Below, piece after piece: positions 24,186-36,485 of a DNA stretch of 41,725 bases. The stretch is from Octopus bimaculoides (lineage: Eukaryota): positions 6,353,839 through 6,395,563 of the forward strand of contig NC_068998.1 of NCBI RefSeq assembly GCF_001194135.2, written 5' to 3'. Positions within the stretch are counted from its first letter, which is position 1, and each line of letters begins with the position of its first letter. Position numbers and translations under genes: made by a program. The notes below the pieces were generated by a model, which ran no database searches, was not told the DNA's origin, and saw only the letters and a list, made by a program, of their open reading frames with translations.

Positions 24186-24245
<60 letters not shown>

Positions 24246-24919
24246 TAAGACGGGAAGAAATGATTCATCAAATATATCTATAATAAAATTAAGTTGTTTC
24301 GGTTTCATTTGAATTTTTTTTCTCTCAAAATGTCGGCGCAGTAGTATATCTGAGGACGTAGTATTCTACCAGTATTAATATGATAAACTAAGAAAATAGC
24401 TGTTAACTAATGTAGTTATCAAAATTTGATGTGATATAGTTAAATATAGATATTTTACATATAAAATTTTTACTCCGCCTACTCTTTAGCTTATGTTTTA
24501 CATATTTACTTTATGTTATATTTTCTTGTCTATGTATATATTTTTATGTATTTTTTTTTATTTGTCAGATGATTCATGGAAAGAAACTCGATAAAATAAT
24601 GATATGTTAATTTGGTGGAAAAAAAAATAAACAGACTGGCGTAGTGTGTATGTGTGTGTATGTATATATACATAAATAAATAAATAAATATATATATATA
24701 TATAAGTAATGCACAGATACGCATACATATATTTGTATATACGTTCTCTTATATGCTTGTGTAGCTTTGTCATCGTGTTTAAGTGTATATGTGAGTGAGA
24801 AAGAGAAAACAGAAAAGAGACAGCTTGTCTAAGTATTTGTTTAAGATGTAGATTTAAAATACGCACGTACAAACAGTTTTATATATGTGTATGTGTTTAT
24901 AGTCGTATAAGATAGATTG

Positions 24920-24941
24920 ATAAACAGACAGACAGACAGAC

Positions 24942-24993
<52 letters not shown>

Positions 24994-25022
24994 GGATGGA
25001 TAGATAGATAGATGGATGGATG

Positions 25023-25074
<52 letters not shown>

Positions 25075-25075
25075 T
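24920..25075. repeat. (GACA)n-(GATA/GATG)n microsatellite
   Basis: Direct tandem repeat. Confidence 0.97.
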
Positions 25076-25420
25076 AAACATAAAGTCAAGCGTTTTTGTG
25101 ACTTGAATATATATATATTTAACTTCGTGACACCCATGGCCTTACGGCCGTTTCACGGCCTTGTTCATATACCATTAATTTCAGCAGGTAGGTAATTATG
25201 CGCAGATATTTTCATTAATATGTATGCTCGGTGTTTTATCGTACAATTATATATTGAAAGGTTTCAATACTGAGATCGTATAGTAGGTGGTCATGATATC
25301 AATTAATTTATCACCTTTGTCTGGAATACAACTACAACCCCCAAAAGATTCAAGGAGTCGCTTGAAACGGCCGTGATGAATTGACACCTGTACATCTTTC
25401 GTATTCATTTATATATGTAG

Positions 25421-25454
<34 letters not shown>

Positions 25455-25531
25455 GAGATGCAGTTGAATTAGATACTTAAGTTGAAGCACCATGTCAGTC
25501 CAGTATTATCCACACAGCCCTAAGGAAGGTG

Positions 25532-25734
25532 AATAAAATCAAAATAAGCAACAAAATATCAAGTAGTGATGCAGTACGAACATTTTAAGCGGCTCCATTT
25601 AATTGAACAATGCAATCATTACATCAATTTAAACGCAGTGCCATCTTCAGCTGAAGATGCATTGTTCAATTAAATGGAGCCGCTTGAAACGGTCGTACTG
25701 CATCCCTACTTGATATCCTGTTACTTATTTTGAT

Positions 25735-25740
<6 letters not shown>
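25532..25740. repeat. Long inverted repeat: two 83-bp arms plus an internal 18-bp perfect palindrome
   Basis: Arms 25532-25614 and 25658-25740 are reverse complements with 7 mismatches; CATCTTCAGCTGAAGATG lies at 25642-25659. Confidence 0.93.
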
Positions 25741-25789
<49 letters not shown>

Positions 25790-26776
25790 GAAATCGTGAG
25801 TATTCAATATGATATATAGGAAACTATATATGTACACACACACACACAGACACAAATATATATAGAGGAAATTAAGAATATACTCATACATAAACTTCTG
25901 TGTCTCTGTGTGTATAGAAGTGTATGTATGAATATATTCTTAAGTCTATACTCATGAAATGTTAAATTGCCTGCGCAGATACATACCCACACATACACAC
26001 ACTCACATATTTATGCACACGCGCGCCCATGCACATTGTACACAGGAACACACACACAAACACGCAGAAACACATACAATCGTTACTGTTTGGAAGGACA
26101 AGCAGAGGGAGGGGAAAGCTTATACCAAGGCTTAGGCCAAAGTTTGCCTTCACCACCTTAAAGTCAATGATTTCCTACTCTCACATACCTACATGAGTGA
26201 TGAAGTGTTAAGCTGCGTTTCGTATTCCCCAAAACTTCTCATATCATACTTTCAAAAATCAATATTTAGAAAACAGACATGTTGATAACTGTTTAGATTC
26301 ATGAGAAAATCGAACTGAGTAAAACCTGTTGGGAAGAACACGTTCTCGTAAAAAATCACGTTTCTCAATTATTTGTATATGTATTTTTGTCCGTATCACA
26401 ATTTCTGCATAATATCCTCTTTGGTTACTGTTTCCAACTTGTGGATGATAACCGCACGGAAATTTACAATGACAAGATTGACAAGAACTTGTCTGTGTAA
26501 CTACAGCGGAACAAATATACACACAAGGGATTTATTCTGAAAAGCACCGGTTTGTATTATATCATCTTTTTGTTTTATTTTGCATGAGTGTTTTTTTTTA
26601 TATTTCTTTTTATATACCTTGGGCTTTATTCTTTGTTGAGCCAATGACATTTACCTTTTCTTGGTGATGTATTTTGACGACATATGTACTCACATATTTC
26701 ATTATATTTTTATATTTTCATACACACACACTCACACATATTCATGCATATATATATGTATGTGTGTGTGCGTGTA

Positions 26777-26779
<3 letters not shown>

Positions 26780-26870
<91 letters not shown>
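26780..26870. repeat. (TA)n microsatellite
   Basis: Direct tandem repeat. Confidence 0.97.
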
Positions 26871-26872
<2 letters not shown>

Positions 26873-26905
26873 ATGCGTTTCATGTTTTAAAAAGACGGAA
26901 AATAT

Positions 26906-27568
26906 CCTAGTGTCTCAATTTTCGAAGTCGATCACATGGAGGAAAGGTGTTGGTTTCCGTTTTGGAAAACATAAAGTCTCCTTGAGTTCGCGGAGATTCT
27001 CGTGAATAAAACAATGGATCAAAGGTCGCTACTCTTGGATGGCATCTTTGGAGTGGTTGACTCTCTTGGATTTGACTACTGGGCAAACAGCTGTGTGGTA
27101 AATTTGTTTGCATTATCTTATATTATATTCTAGGTGTGATGTTCTTATGCTTGTATGCTGAGGTAGTTCCTCATGGGGGCGCATTTCTTCTGTATGTGGA
27201 GTTCATGTGTTATGTATGTTCAAATTTCACTTTCAGGAGAGGGGCTACCCTGGTGGGATTAGTGTCCTAGATGGTGGCTCCTCTTTGAAATATTTCAGTG
27301 TGAAATATTCTTTGTACATGCAAGGAGAGAAGACTTCATCCCTAATGTTCAGGATGTTGTCTGTTGACTGCATAATATTCAGTTTTTCAGTAATGCAGAG
27401 TTCACCCCGTCCCCTGTAGTTTTTGGCTTTAGCAACGATGTTTCATTTTATCTGGGAGTTATTTATCCCCTATGGACATTGAAAGAAGTTGGAATAAGTA
27501 ACATTATTGCTAAAGCTAGATAAAATGGAACAACATAGCTAAAGCCATGTGATCGGCTTGATTCTAGG
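26906..27568 (-). mobile_element. Penelope-like element remnant (GIY-YIG endonuclease C-terminus plus downstream terminal region)
   Basis: Minus 27442-27245 reads NIVAKAKNYRGRGELCITEKLNIMQSTDNILNIRDEVFSPCMYKEYFTLKYFKE..., matching the PLE W.I..KA..Y....C.LC..EK..I....LN.R.E..S.C motif. Stops lie upstream. Confidence 0.82.
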
Positions 27569-28632
27569 TGTTTCCTTTATTTTGTCCAACACCTGTATGT
27601 GTGCAAAATTATATCTTAACATATGAACATACATACATACATACCGTTATAATTTCATAACTTGTAGATATAATTCATTGAAACGGATATAGCTGGAAGC
27701 AAGCAATATAGAAGCGTGTTTCTCGTTGATGTTATTAGATATATTGCTACCTCATTCAAGAGCGTAATTTATTTGAGGACAATCGACAATCCTGCCGACA
27801 TTTCACTATTCTAATGATCATAAATTTGCCATCACCGCAGTCATTTAGCAAATTACTAATGATTTGAAATGAATCAAAATGAATAATAAGACTGATGATC
27901 AATACATCCATCCATCCATCCGTCCATCCATCCATCCATCCATCCATACATACATACATACATACATACATACAAGCATACATACATACATATATATATG
28001 TATATACATATATATATATATATACATGTATGTTTGTGTATATGTGTGTGTGTTATCGTGTATGTATATACCCTTTTCTTTTTATATAGATTTATCTGAG
28101 TAATACCAGGCATCTGTTTTGAGCTGTAACGCCATATATGGGTTTCTAACGAAATACGTTATATGATGTAAACTTTAAACGCCATTTAATAATCCTCATA
28201 TTTATAATATCAATTCCATTCGGGTTTTAGTTCTGGAGGTTACTCCATTAAGCTATAACATTTGACTTTAAATCGCAGACTGATTGTTTCACAGATAATA
28301 TTTCGGAAAATCCATAAATATTTGTTGAGTTTATATAATTATTCACAACGAGAATGGAGTGAGCAAGTCTTTTTATTACATAAATTTACAATTGCTTCAT
28401 CGCTATTCGATCTCAAGAGTGTTGTTCTATTATTATATAGTATATATTATAGTATATATATTATATATACTAGATTCCTGAGGTATCATTATGCAAATAC
28501 ACCCGAACGTCGACTTTTCAGTATTATGTATAACATCCGTTTGTTGTCGTAACTTGTTTTATTAACCATTTATGACTAGAACCAGGTATTTATATGGTTA
28601 GGTTTGCATATCCCAAGCTAAACCAAAAAGGA

Positions 28633-28691
<59 letters not shown>

Positions 28692-28755
28692 NNNNNNNNN
28701 NGCATGTATGTATGTATGTATGCATGTATATATGTATGTACGTATGTATGTTATG

Positions 28756-28799
<44 letters not shown>

Positions 28800-30312
28800 T
28801 ATATATAGTGCGCGTTAAATTTATGAGCCATCCGCACCTCCTCTACCCTCTTCTTCTCCCTCTCTTCCTGTGTATATACATATCTACATACGTACATACA
28901 TACACAAGCACATACATATGCATATTTACATATATATATACAATACACACACACACACACACACACACTCACACACACAAACAAACAAACACAAAGAGAC
29001 GAAGAGGAGAAGAGAGGAGTTGATATACCCATTGATGCGTGGTGAAGGATGAAGACATGGAATTTAAGCCGTATTAATTGTTGCTAACGACAACTACAAT
29101 ATCAATGATGAAGTTATTTAGAGACAAGTTCCCAGTGATCCTAAGCACGATCCGAAATGTATGCTACGTCACCATATTTGCGATTAATAGGCGTGACTGT
29201 CAGCACGTCTGTTTACTTTTTTTCAGTAAAATTAATGGAGTTATTCATACACGGATTAATTTCTGAATCATGCGCAGTGAAACAGAAGACTTCTAATGTT
29301 TCATGTTCCACTCAGTTTCTATGGTTTGCGTTTGAAATGTTTAGCTTTTAATTTAATTCTTATTTATCGCCATGTTATGCTGCATGGAGACCGGCGTGTC
29401 AAAGAATAGACCCAACGTTTTCCTCTGCATGTCGATAAAAGCGACTAAGAGGTCGAGTTAGGATTTTCACACCGATCTCGTTAAGCCCATCACCATCAAT
29501 GACCACCCAAACAGACCCATGGGTTGGAGGGTTGTGGCCTGAGTGGGGGCAAAGGTGTCATCCGCCAGGAACAGTAGGGATTCACCAACAAATGGTGGAT
29601 GTAGCGACGTGTTGTTACAGTGCAGAGCTCCACCACCACCACCGCGACTACTACTATCATTCACTCGTTTTAGTGACTGGGTTGCGGTCATACTGGAGCA
29701 CAGTCTATATCGATCTTCGTCAGGTATTAATTTCAACGCTCTTTCTTTCTCGAGTAGCTACATTTTGTTTGATAGAAGGAAAAACTGGTTTACATTGGAG
29801 AACATAAACCCAGTTGCATAGACAGACGCATACCTAAATATCAGTTGTGGTGTATATATGCGTGGGCGCGCCTAAGCACAATTTCGGCTGATCTATAATG
29901 TCAATGCTTAAAGTGCCAACAACGTTAATTCTTCATGCATGTATATATGTGTGCGTATGTATGTAGTATATATAAATAAATGTATGTAAGTATGCATGTA
30001 TGTCCTTATTCAGTTTCATTTCAAGATTTCCTGCCAATAGGGTAATAGTGAGTTTCTAACCAAGATCCAAGGCTCTTTCATTGGAATTTCAACATCAACA
30101 GGGCATGTATGTATGTATGTATGTATGTATCGTATGTTTTGTTTCATATATGTTTTCTCATGCATATAGCTACATATCTAGACATGTTCATATATATTTA
30201 GATGATAAACTTCTGGAAAGTTTTACAGATTCTTACAGTTCCAGTGATGGATTGGAACTGTAGTCTTCGAACCAGCTTTCACCTTTCTGGTTTTGAGAAG
30301 CCATGGAACTAG

Positions 30313-30480
30313 TAGATTATATTAACCCAAGTGTTTCACTGGTACTTAATTTATTGACCCCCAGAAGAATGAAAGGTAAAGTCGACTTCGGCCAAATTTG
30401 AACTCGGAACGTAAAGATGGACGAAACACTGCTAAGCGCCTTTCCCGTCGATCTAACGTTTTTGCCAGTTCGCTGCCTTA
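30313..30480 (-). mobile_element. SINE family A
   Basis: CTGGTACTTAATTTATTGACCCC...GTCGACTTCGGCCAAATTTGAACTCGG...TTGCCAGTTCGCTGCCTTA. Confidence 0.85.
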
Positions 30481-30902
30481 TAAGGTCAACTGTAATAATG
30501 ACCTATGATTAAGTACGTACAACAGTGTTCGTACTGTCTTCTGTTTGTTTTTCGTGGTTTTTCTTGGCTTGTTTTTTCACATTTTCCATCAAGGCATTCT
30601 TTCTGTTTCTCTCCACTCTACCGTTTCCTTTTTAAAAGATAGTAAGATGTAATTGCTAGGTGATAGTTTGACTGCTATTTCTAATTATTCCTTTTCTGAT
30701 GTTGGGTGAGTGACTGTTTTCTTCGTTACTCCTTCAATTTTTTTCCATTATATTATCAAGAGATTTATTTTGATTTTCACATTATTCTATTTATTCGTTC
30801 ATTCATTCGTTTGTTTTGTAACGAACCATTACTTATTTCAGTAACGAAGTTATCCTGGGAATTATGGTAAAATTCTTCATTATTTATTTATTTAAGTTTA
30901 CA

Positions 30903-30903
<1 letters not shown>

Positions 30904-30974
<71 letters not shown>

Positions 30975-30975
30975 C
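30904..30975. repeat. (TTA)n microsatellite
   Basis: Direct tandem repeat. Confidence 0.97.
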
Positions 30976-31646
30976 CTTATTATTCACTAAAGGCGCTTCG
31001 TCATTAACGCCATTTTCGTCATTTAAACTCATTTCATTGTAATGTAATGTGAAAGGGAGAGAAAAAATACTCCAAATTTATAAAATGCAAAATAAAATTA
31101 GAACGAAAACGTAATTCATCATTCGAGAAGCAGCATACTGCTACTGTTGGTGGTGGTGTCGCTGCTGCTGTTGTTATTGTCTGTTTGTGTCGTTTTGTTT
31201 TTTTCTTTTGATCATTTGTTTACAAACTCTTGCCAACGAGTTAACGAATGAGTTTCTAAACAGTAAGTAGCTCTTATGCGCAATTAGAAATAATAGACAA
31301 CTTTCCCCCTCAAATCCCACTCTACCGTCAAAAAACAAAAGAAAGAAAAGGAAAAGACAATCCGTAGCATCGTCCTAAACATTTGGGTCTTTGTGTGTGC
31401 ACGTAGCGCCCGCTATGGAGCGTTGTGAACTCGCAAACGGGTGGCGAATGTTAATGAAGTATTATGGGAGATAGTGATTATTTAGATGTGCCATGATTTT
31501 TCTAAGAAATAAAATATTTAAACAAAGTACAATAATTGTATTTTAAAGATATTTTCTAAAAAAATTCTCTATCATGATTACAATATGAATTTCATATGGT
31601 GTTGTCAGTGTTTTATGTTGCAGCATATTTCATTACGTAAGTCCTC

Positions 31647-32122
31647 GGAGCGGTAGATTGGCAGAAACGTTACGGTGGTTGAAAAAATGCTTAGTGATAT
31701 TTCTTCCGGCTCTTTACGTTATGAGTTCAAATGCCACCGAAGTCAACTTTGTCTTTCGTTCCTCCGGGGTCGATAAAATAACGTACCGATGAAGTATTTC
31801 GTTAAGGCGTCGGATAAAATGCATTGTGATATTTTTCCGGCTTTTTATGTTCTGAGTCTAAATCCAGCCGAGGGAAATTATACCTTTCACCCCTCCGGGG
31901 TCGATAAAATAGAGTGCCATTCAAGTACTTCGTAAGGAGGAAAGAAAAATACCTAGCGGTAGTTCAGGCTCTTCACGTCCTGACTTTAATTCTAATCGAA
32001 ATCAACTTTGTCTTTCATCTCTCGGGGGTTGATAAAGTACAGTACCAGTCATGTACTCAGGTCTATGATATCGACTAACACTCTCTATTCAAAATTGTTG
32101 ACCTTGTGCCTAAATCAGAAAC
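31647..32122 (+). mobile_element. Head-to-tail trimer of SINE family A units
   Basis: GGGGT(C/T)GATAAA recurs at about 31766, 31897 and 32025; a single head at 31647 and a single tail at about 32100. Confidence 0.78.
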
Positions 32123-34029
32123 CCGTACATGAGTTTGCAAGTATGTAGTCATTTTCATAACTTTTTAAGATAGATGGCGCTAATCCATAGAAATATCTAA
32201 AAAGAGATGCATTTTGGACGGGACAATAAAATGTGGATAGTCTACAACAGCGCAAAATTACTTTGTGCGGGAATAAAATAATCTGCTTCTTTTTTGTTTT
32301 TGTTTGTTGATTTTTCTGTTGCTATTTTCTGAAGTCATGCGAATGGAACGTTTGTAAAAGTCGATTCGATAAAAGGAAGAACAGAAGTTGAGAACATAAA
32401 CCAAGGTAAATGGATAAGTATTTTAGTGAAAACAAAGAAACTGTGGAAAATAAAAACAAAAGGAAAGTAAAAATAAAGATCAAATAAAATGACTTGGGAA
32501 AGACATATTGGATAACATAAAGGTAAAGAGTTAAAATGATGCATGAGAAGAAGAAGATCGATGCGATGTCAGGAATACAGCACGAAGTCAACTCGTGACA
32601 TTTTATTTTATCCTTAAAATGTTTTCATGTTTGTTTCCTTCATTGACAATGATTGTTCGGAAGTTCCAAAGCATTAACTTTAATGGAATGCTGCAATTTA
32701 ACAAAGTCCTGAGAGCTTAGATTCGCAATATTTTATGTTCATACTAAGTAGTGTCGTGTCTGTGAGACATTTTGTAAGTAATTATGTGTGGTATATTTAC
32801 TAGTAATGTGCGGCATGCTGACTTTCTAGAAATCGGGATCCTATCTTTTTCCGACATTTCAACAAAATGGCTTTTCGTTGTTGGTTTTCGAAAGTGTAAG
32901 GGAAGCGGAGGAAATCATTCTTTGAATACATTCAAAAGGATCGAGAAGTTGGATTTCCTTTATAAACATTTCAGACGTTCTTGAAATTATTCCGCCCTCA
33001 CAAATTTTGTTGATCTAGCGGCTTTATAAATAAGATTTCCTCACTAAAATTCAAGTCTTCTTAACAAATTGACAACGATGATAGTATATATCAGCCGTGC
33101 AGCTGTTAATGTCCATGGGGTGTACGTTTAGAGAACCAAATAAAGAAAAGCTACAGATAGACATACAGAATAATGAAGGCTTTTGGAATACTAAATATCA
33201 CAGCTTTAGGTATAGTGGTGTTAAATCTGTTAATTCAGGATATGACTGAAAGCTTTATACATCACAGCTTGAAGTGAGGCCATGTCTACTGAACGATATA
33301 ACTGAAGATACCACGCGTTACATGCTAAGATATTGCTATATCTGATGTATGATCAATGATATGGCTATACATACAATGTGTAATAAATTATATGCATATA
33401 AGTCACGGACTGGCGAAATGATTCATCTCCGATCCTGTTCAGGTACGTGATGTTGATAAACCACAAAAATGGTGAAACATCGATGGATGGGATTAGAAGT
33501 GGGTTATCTCACCTGTCCATGACTTACAGAGTGTGTGTATATATATATATATATATNNNNNNNNNNNNNNNNNNNNNNNNNNNNNNNNNNNNNNNNNNNN
33601 NNNNNNNNNNNNNNNNNNNNNNNNNNNNNNNNNNNNNNNNNNNNNNNNNNNNNNNNNNNNNNNNNNNNNNNNNNNTATAAAACGCAAATATGTAACAAGG
33701 ATACGCGTATATACATATATCTTGAATTGATATTTTTTTTATGTTTCAAATGTTTAAATCATTTCTAATTTTTGTTTAAATCAGAATATTATTGAAGATA
33801 TTATTTATCATAAAATGCGATGTTATTTTGATGTACAAATTTGGAAATAGTTTAAAATATAACACACCATAACTTGTTAAAATTTCCCTGTTTCTGACGC
33901 GCATATATCGACTCTTCCTACAGAATCGACTTTTTATCAAGTTACTATGTAAATAACACAGTTCCGATTCCAGAACATTCTGTAGCATTTTTTTTTTTTC
34001 TTATTAAGAAGCCATCACGCTGTACATTG

Positions 34030-34190
34030 ATCTCTGTCAATATCTTTTGTGTGAGGAAGCACGAATACTATTTTCTTATCCAATTTCTTTTGAATTGTAT
34101 TTTGGCAAAATTTCATTCAGCGTCTCGCCAGATTAAACTATTATTATTCCTCAGCATTTCAACACGATTTGAAGAATTATCTTGTTTTTC
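34030..34190 (-). mobile_element. Possible degraded R4/Dong ORF fragment
   Basis: Minus translation ...LPKYNSKEIG*ENSIRASSHKRY*QR resembles the R4 KY...KQ.I.A...RY..R region; weak. Confidence 0.3.
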
Positions 34191-36065
34191 CTTTCTTTTT
34201 TTTTCTTTCTTAATGGCTTACTTAGTCGAACGAGAGAGGACAGCAGCAGGGTCAGAGAGAGGAAGGACTGAAGTTATCCCCCCAGTCTAGTGTCTGGCCC
34301 AAATGCGTGCTGCAGAATAAATCCCACTTAAGGTACTCAAGAGTTAGTGGGGTCAAGTGGCAGAAGGCAATAGATTATGTCTACTACTCCGAAACAACAA
34401 CGGTCTTTTTGCCAGATTCTGCACAATTTCTAACAATCAAATTTCACCCAGTGGTGTTAGCCAATCTGAAACTATGGTGAACTGCTTACTCAAAGTGCCA
34501 AATAATGGGATCGAACTCACGGTGGCTTGGTTACCTCCAAGTTATAATAGAAGATACTTGTCGTCGGTATTGTTGAATCAGATCGGACCTAAAATCACTA
34601 ATTTGATAAGAAAAACTTGTTATCCCCCAGACAAATTTCTAGCTTGAATGCATGCAACAGAATATATTCCACTAAAGGCCAGGTGTGATATGGTGAGATG
34701 GTTTGATACCAGGCGGGAGATTACGTCTACCACTCCCAAACACCAACGGTCTGTGAGCTGGATTCCGCGCAGGTTCCGACTATCAAATTTCACCTAAAAA
34801 GTTTTAATTCTTTGCCTGTTTTGTATCCTGTCCTGTACTCACATGTGATATACAGGACATGTTTCTCTGAAGTTCATGCATCATATGTCATGCACGTTTC
34901 CATGAGTAATTGGGGACTTATGGAAAAAAAAGTTTTATTTTATTCAGAACGCATGCAACAAAGGTGAACTAAAAGTCTGTAAACAAGCATGCACGTTTAG
35001 GGCAGTTCTTATGAAAATGCTTTGGACGGGCATAGGGTTAACCAACCCGAAAAAAATGGTAAAAAATATATATATTCTTGCTCAAACTGCCGCCATGCAA
35101 CTGAATCGAACCCTCGAGGTTTTGAACAACCTGGGGCTAGGGTAGAAGCTACATAGCCAAAACGTCGCTTAGAGACATCGAACTTAAAAATCACTAATTT
35201 ACAAACCAAATTTCTTACCCTCACAGCCACGTCAGCGTCCACGCTAAACAGCTTCCTTGATTAGAATATAAATATATGTGTATGTGCGCGAGCGTGCGCG
35301 TATGTATATATGTATGTACGTATAATCTTGTTTATAAATTGACATAATTGATTTATTATGTTTTTAAAATATGTATAATGTCTTAGTGTTTGGTTGTGAA
35401 AAGAAAGGAGTTTGGCGACTCTCAAGGCCATCATGTCACGGCTACGTCGTTAATAACCGGAAGTTTGCCTCTAATTTATAGCTATTAGCCAGTTTAAAAA
35501 ACAATTTATTAGTTTTATTTATTACTCTGAGTTTTAAAATATTATTGTTTTTATTGCACGCTTATAACTTGTTTGTTCATTTGTTTACTTAATCGGTTTG
35601 TTTACTTAATCGTATGTATACGAGTGGTGGTATACATAGATACATGCACACACATGTACGTATATATGTATACATATACATACATAGATACACACGCATG
35701 TACAAATATATACAGATACATACATATACACACATATGTACATATATATATAAACATAGATATACATACATATATAGTTACATATGAGTGTATGTGCGTG
35801 TGTGAATTCATATATACATACATAAAAACGTTTGTATGTATGTGTTGATGTTTGTTCGATGCCAAGTTATAATAAAGACTATTTAATATTAAACAGCAGA
35901 ATTAATCGATACGTTTTTGTGTAAAGTACATGTCTGCCATACTTTTACAAGAAGGTAACTGTAACTTCGAAGTTTCGGCCTGCTAACACCCATCGGACTC
36001 TGCGACGAAGGCTAGCAGGCTTAAACGTTGGATTTACTGTCATCGCTCTTCTTCTAAATGTATAA

Positions 36066-36221
36066 TCTATTCTACTCTAGGCACAAGGCCCGAAAAATTT
36101 AGGGGAGGGGGCCAGTCGATTAGATCGACCCCAGTACGCAACTAGTACTTAATCTATTGACTCCAAAAAAGATGAAAGGCAAAGTCGACCTCGGTAGAAT
36201 TTGAACTCAGAGGGCAAAGAC
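36066..36221 (-). mobile_element. SINE family A, 3' two-thirds
   Basis: CTCTAGGCACAAGGCCCGAAA...GATGAAAGGCAAAGTCGACCTCGG...TTGAACTCAGA. Confidence 0.88.
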
Positions 36222-36225
36222 AAAT

Positions 36226-36388
36226 TGGTGTTTGTGTGTTTACGTCCTCGTAAGGTAGCGGTTCAGCAAAGGAGAGAGAAAAGTACCAGGCTTAAAAGAA
36301 TAATAAGTGCAGGAGTTTATTTGTTCGACTAAAGTTCTTCAAGGCGGTGCCCCAGTATGGCCGCAGTCTAATGACTGAAACAAGTAAA
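36226..36388 (+). mobile_element. SINE family B, 3' half
   Basis: GTGTTTACGTCCTCGTAA...TTCAAGGCGGTGCCCCAGTATGGCCGCAGTCTAATGACTGAAACAAGTAAA. Confidence 0.85.
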
Positions 36389-36431
36389 TTATATTCTCCA
36401 GCCCCGACCATTAAAAGAATAAAAGAATGTG

Positions 36432-36485
<54 letters not shown>

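Noticed and set aside
6368-32122. CRISPR-like array of recurring motifs
   Set aside because: The recurring blocks are dispersed SINE domains in eukaryotic DNA, with no regular repeat-spacer structure and no cas genes.
32820-32990. SGSYLFPTFQQ...FESVREAEE resembling a mariner C-terminus
   Set aside because: The SPDLAP motif is not preserved and no TIR was found; too weak to list.
35009-35242. Minus ORF MDADVAVR...RGFDSVAWRQFEQ
   Set aside because: It overlaps a degraded SINE head (GGGTTCGATTC B-box at about 35070-35170).
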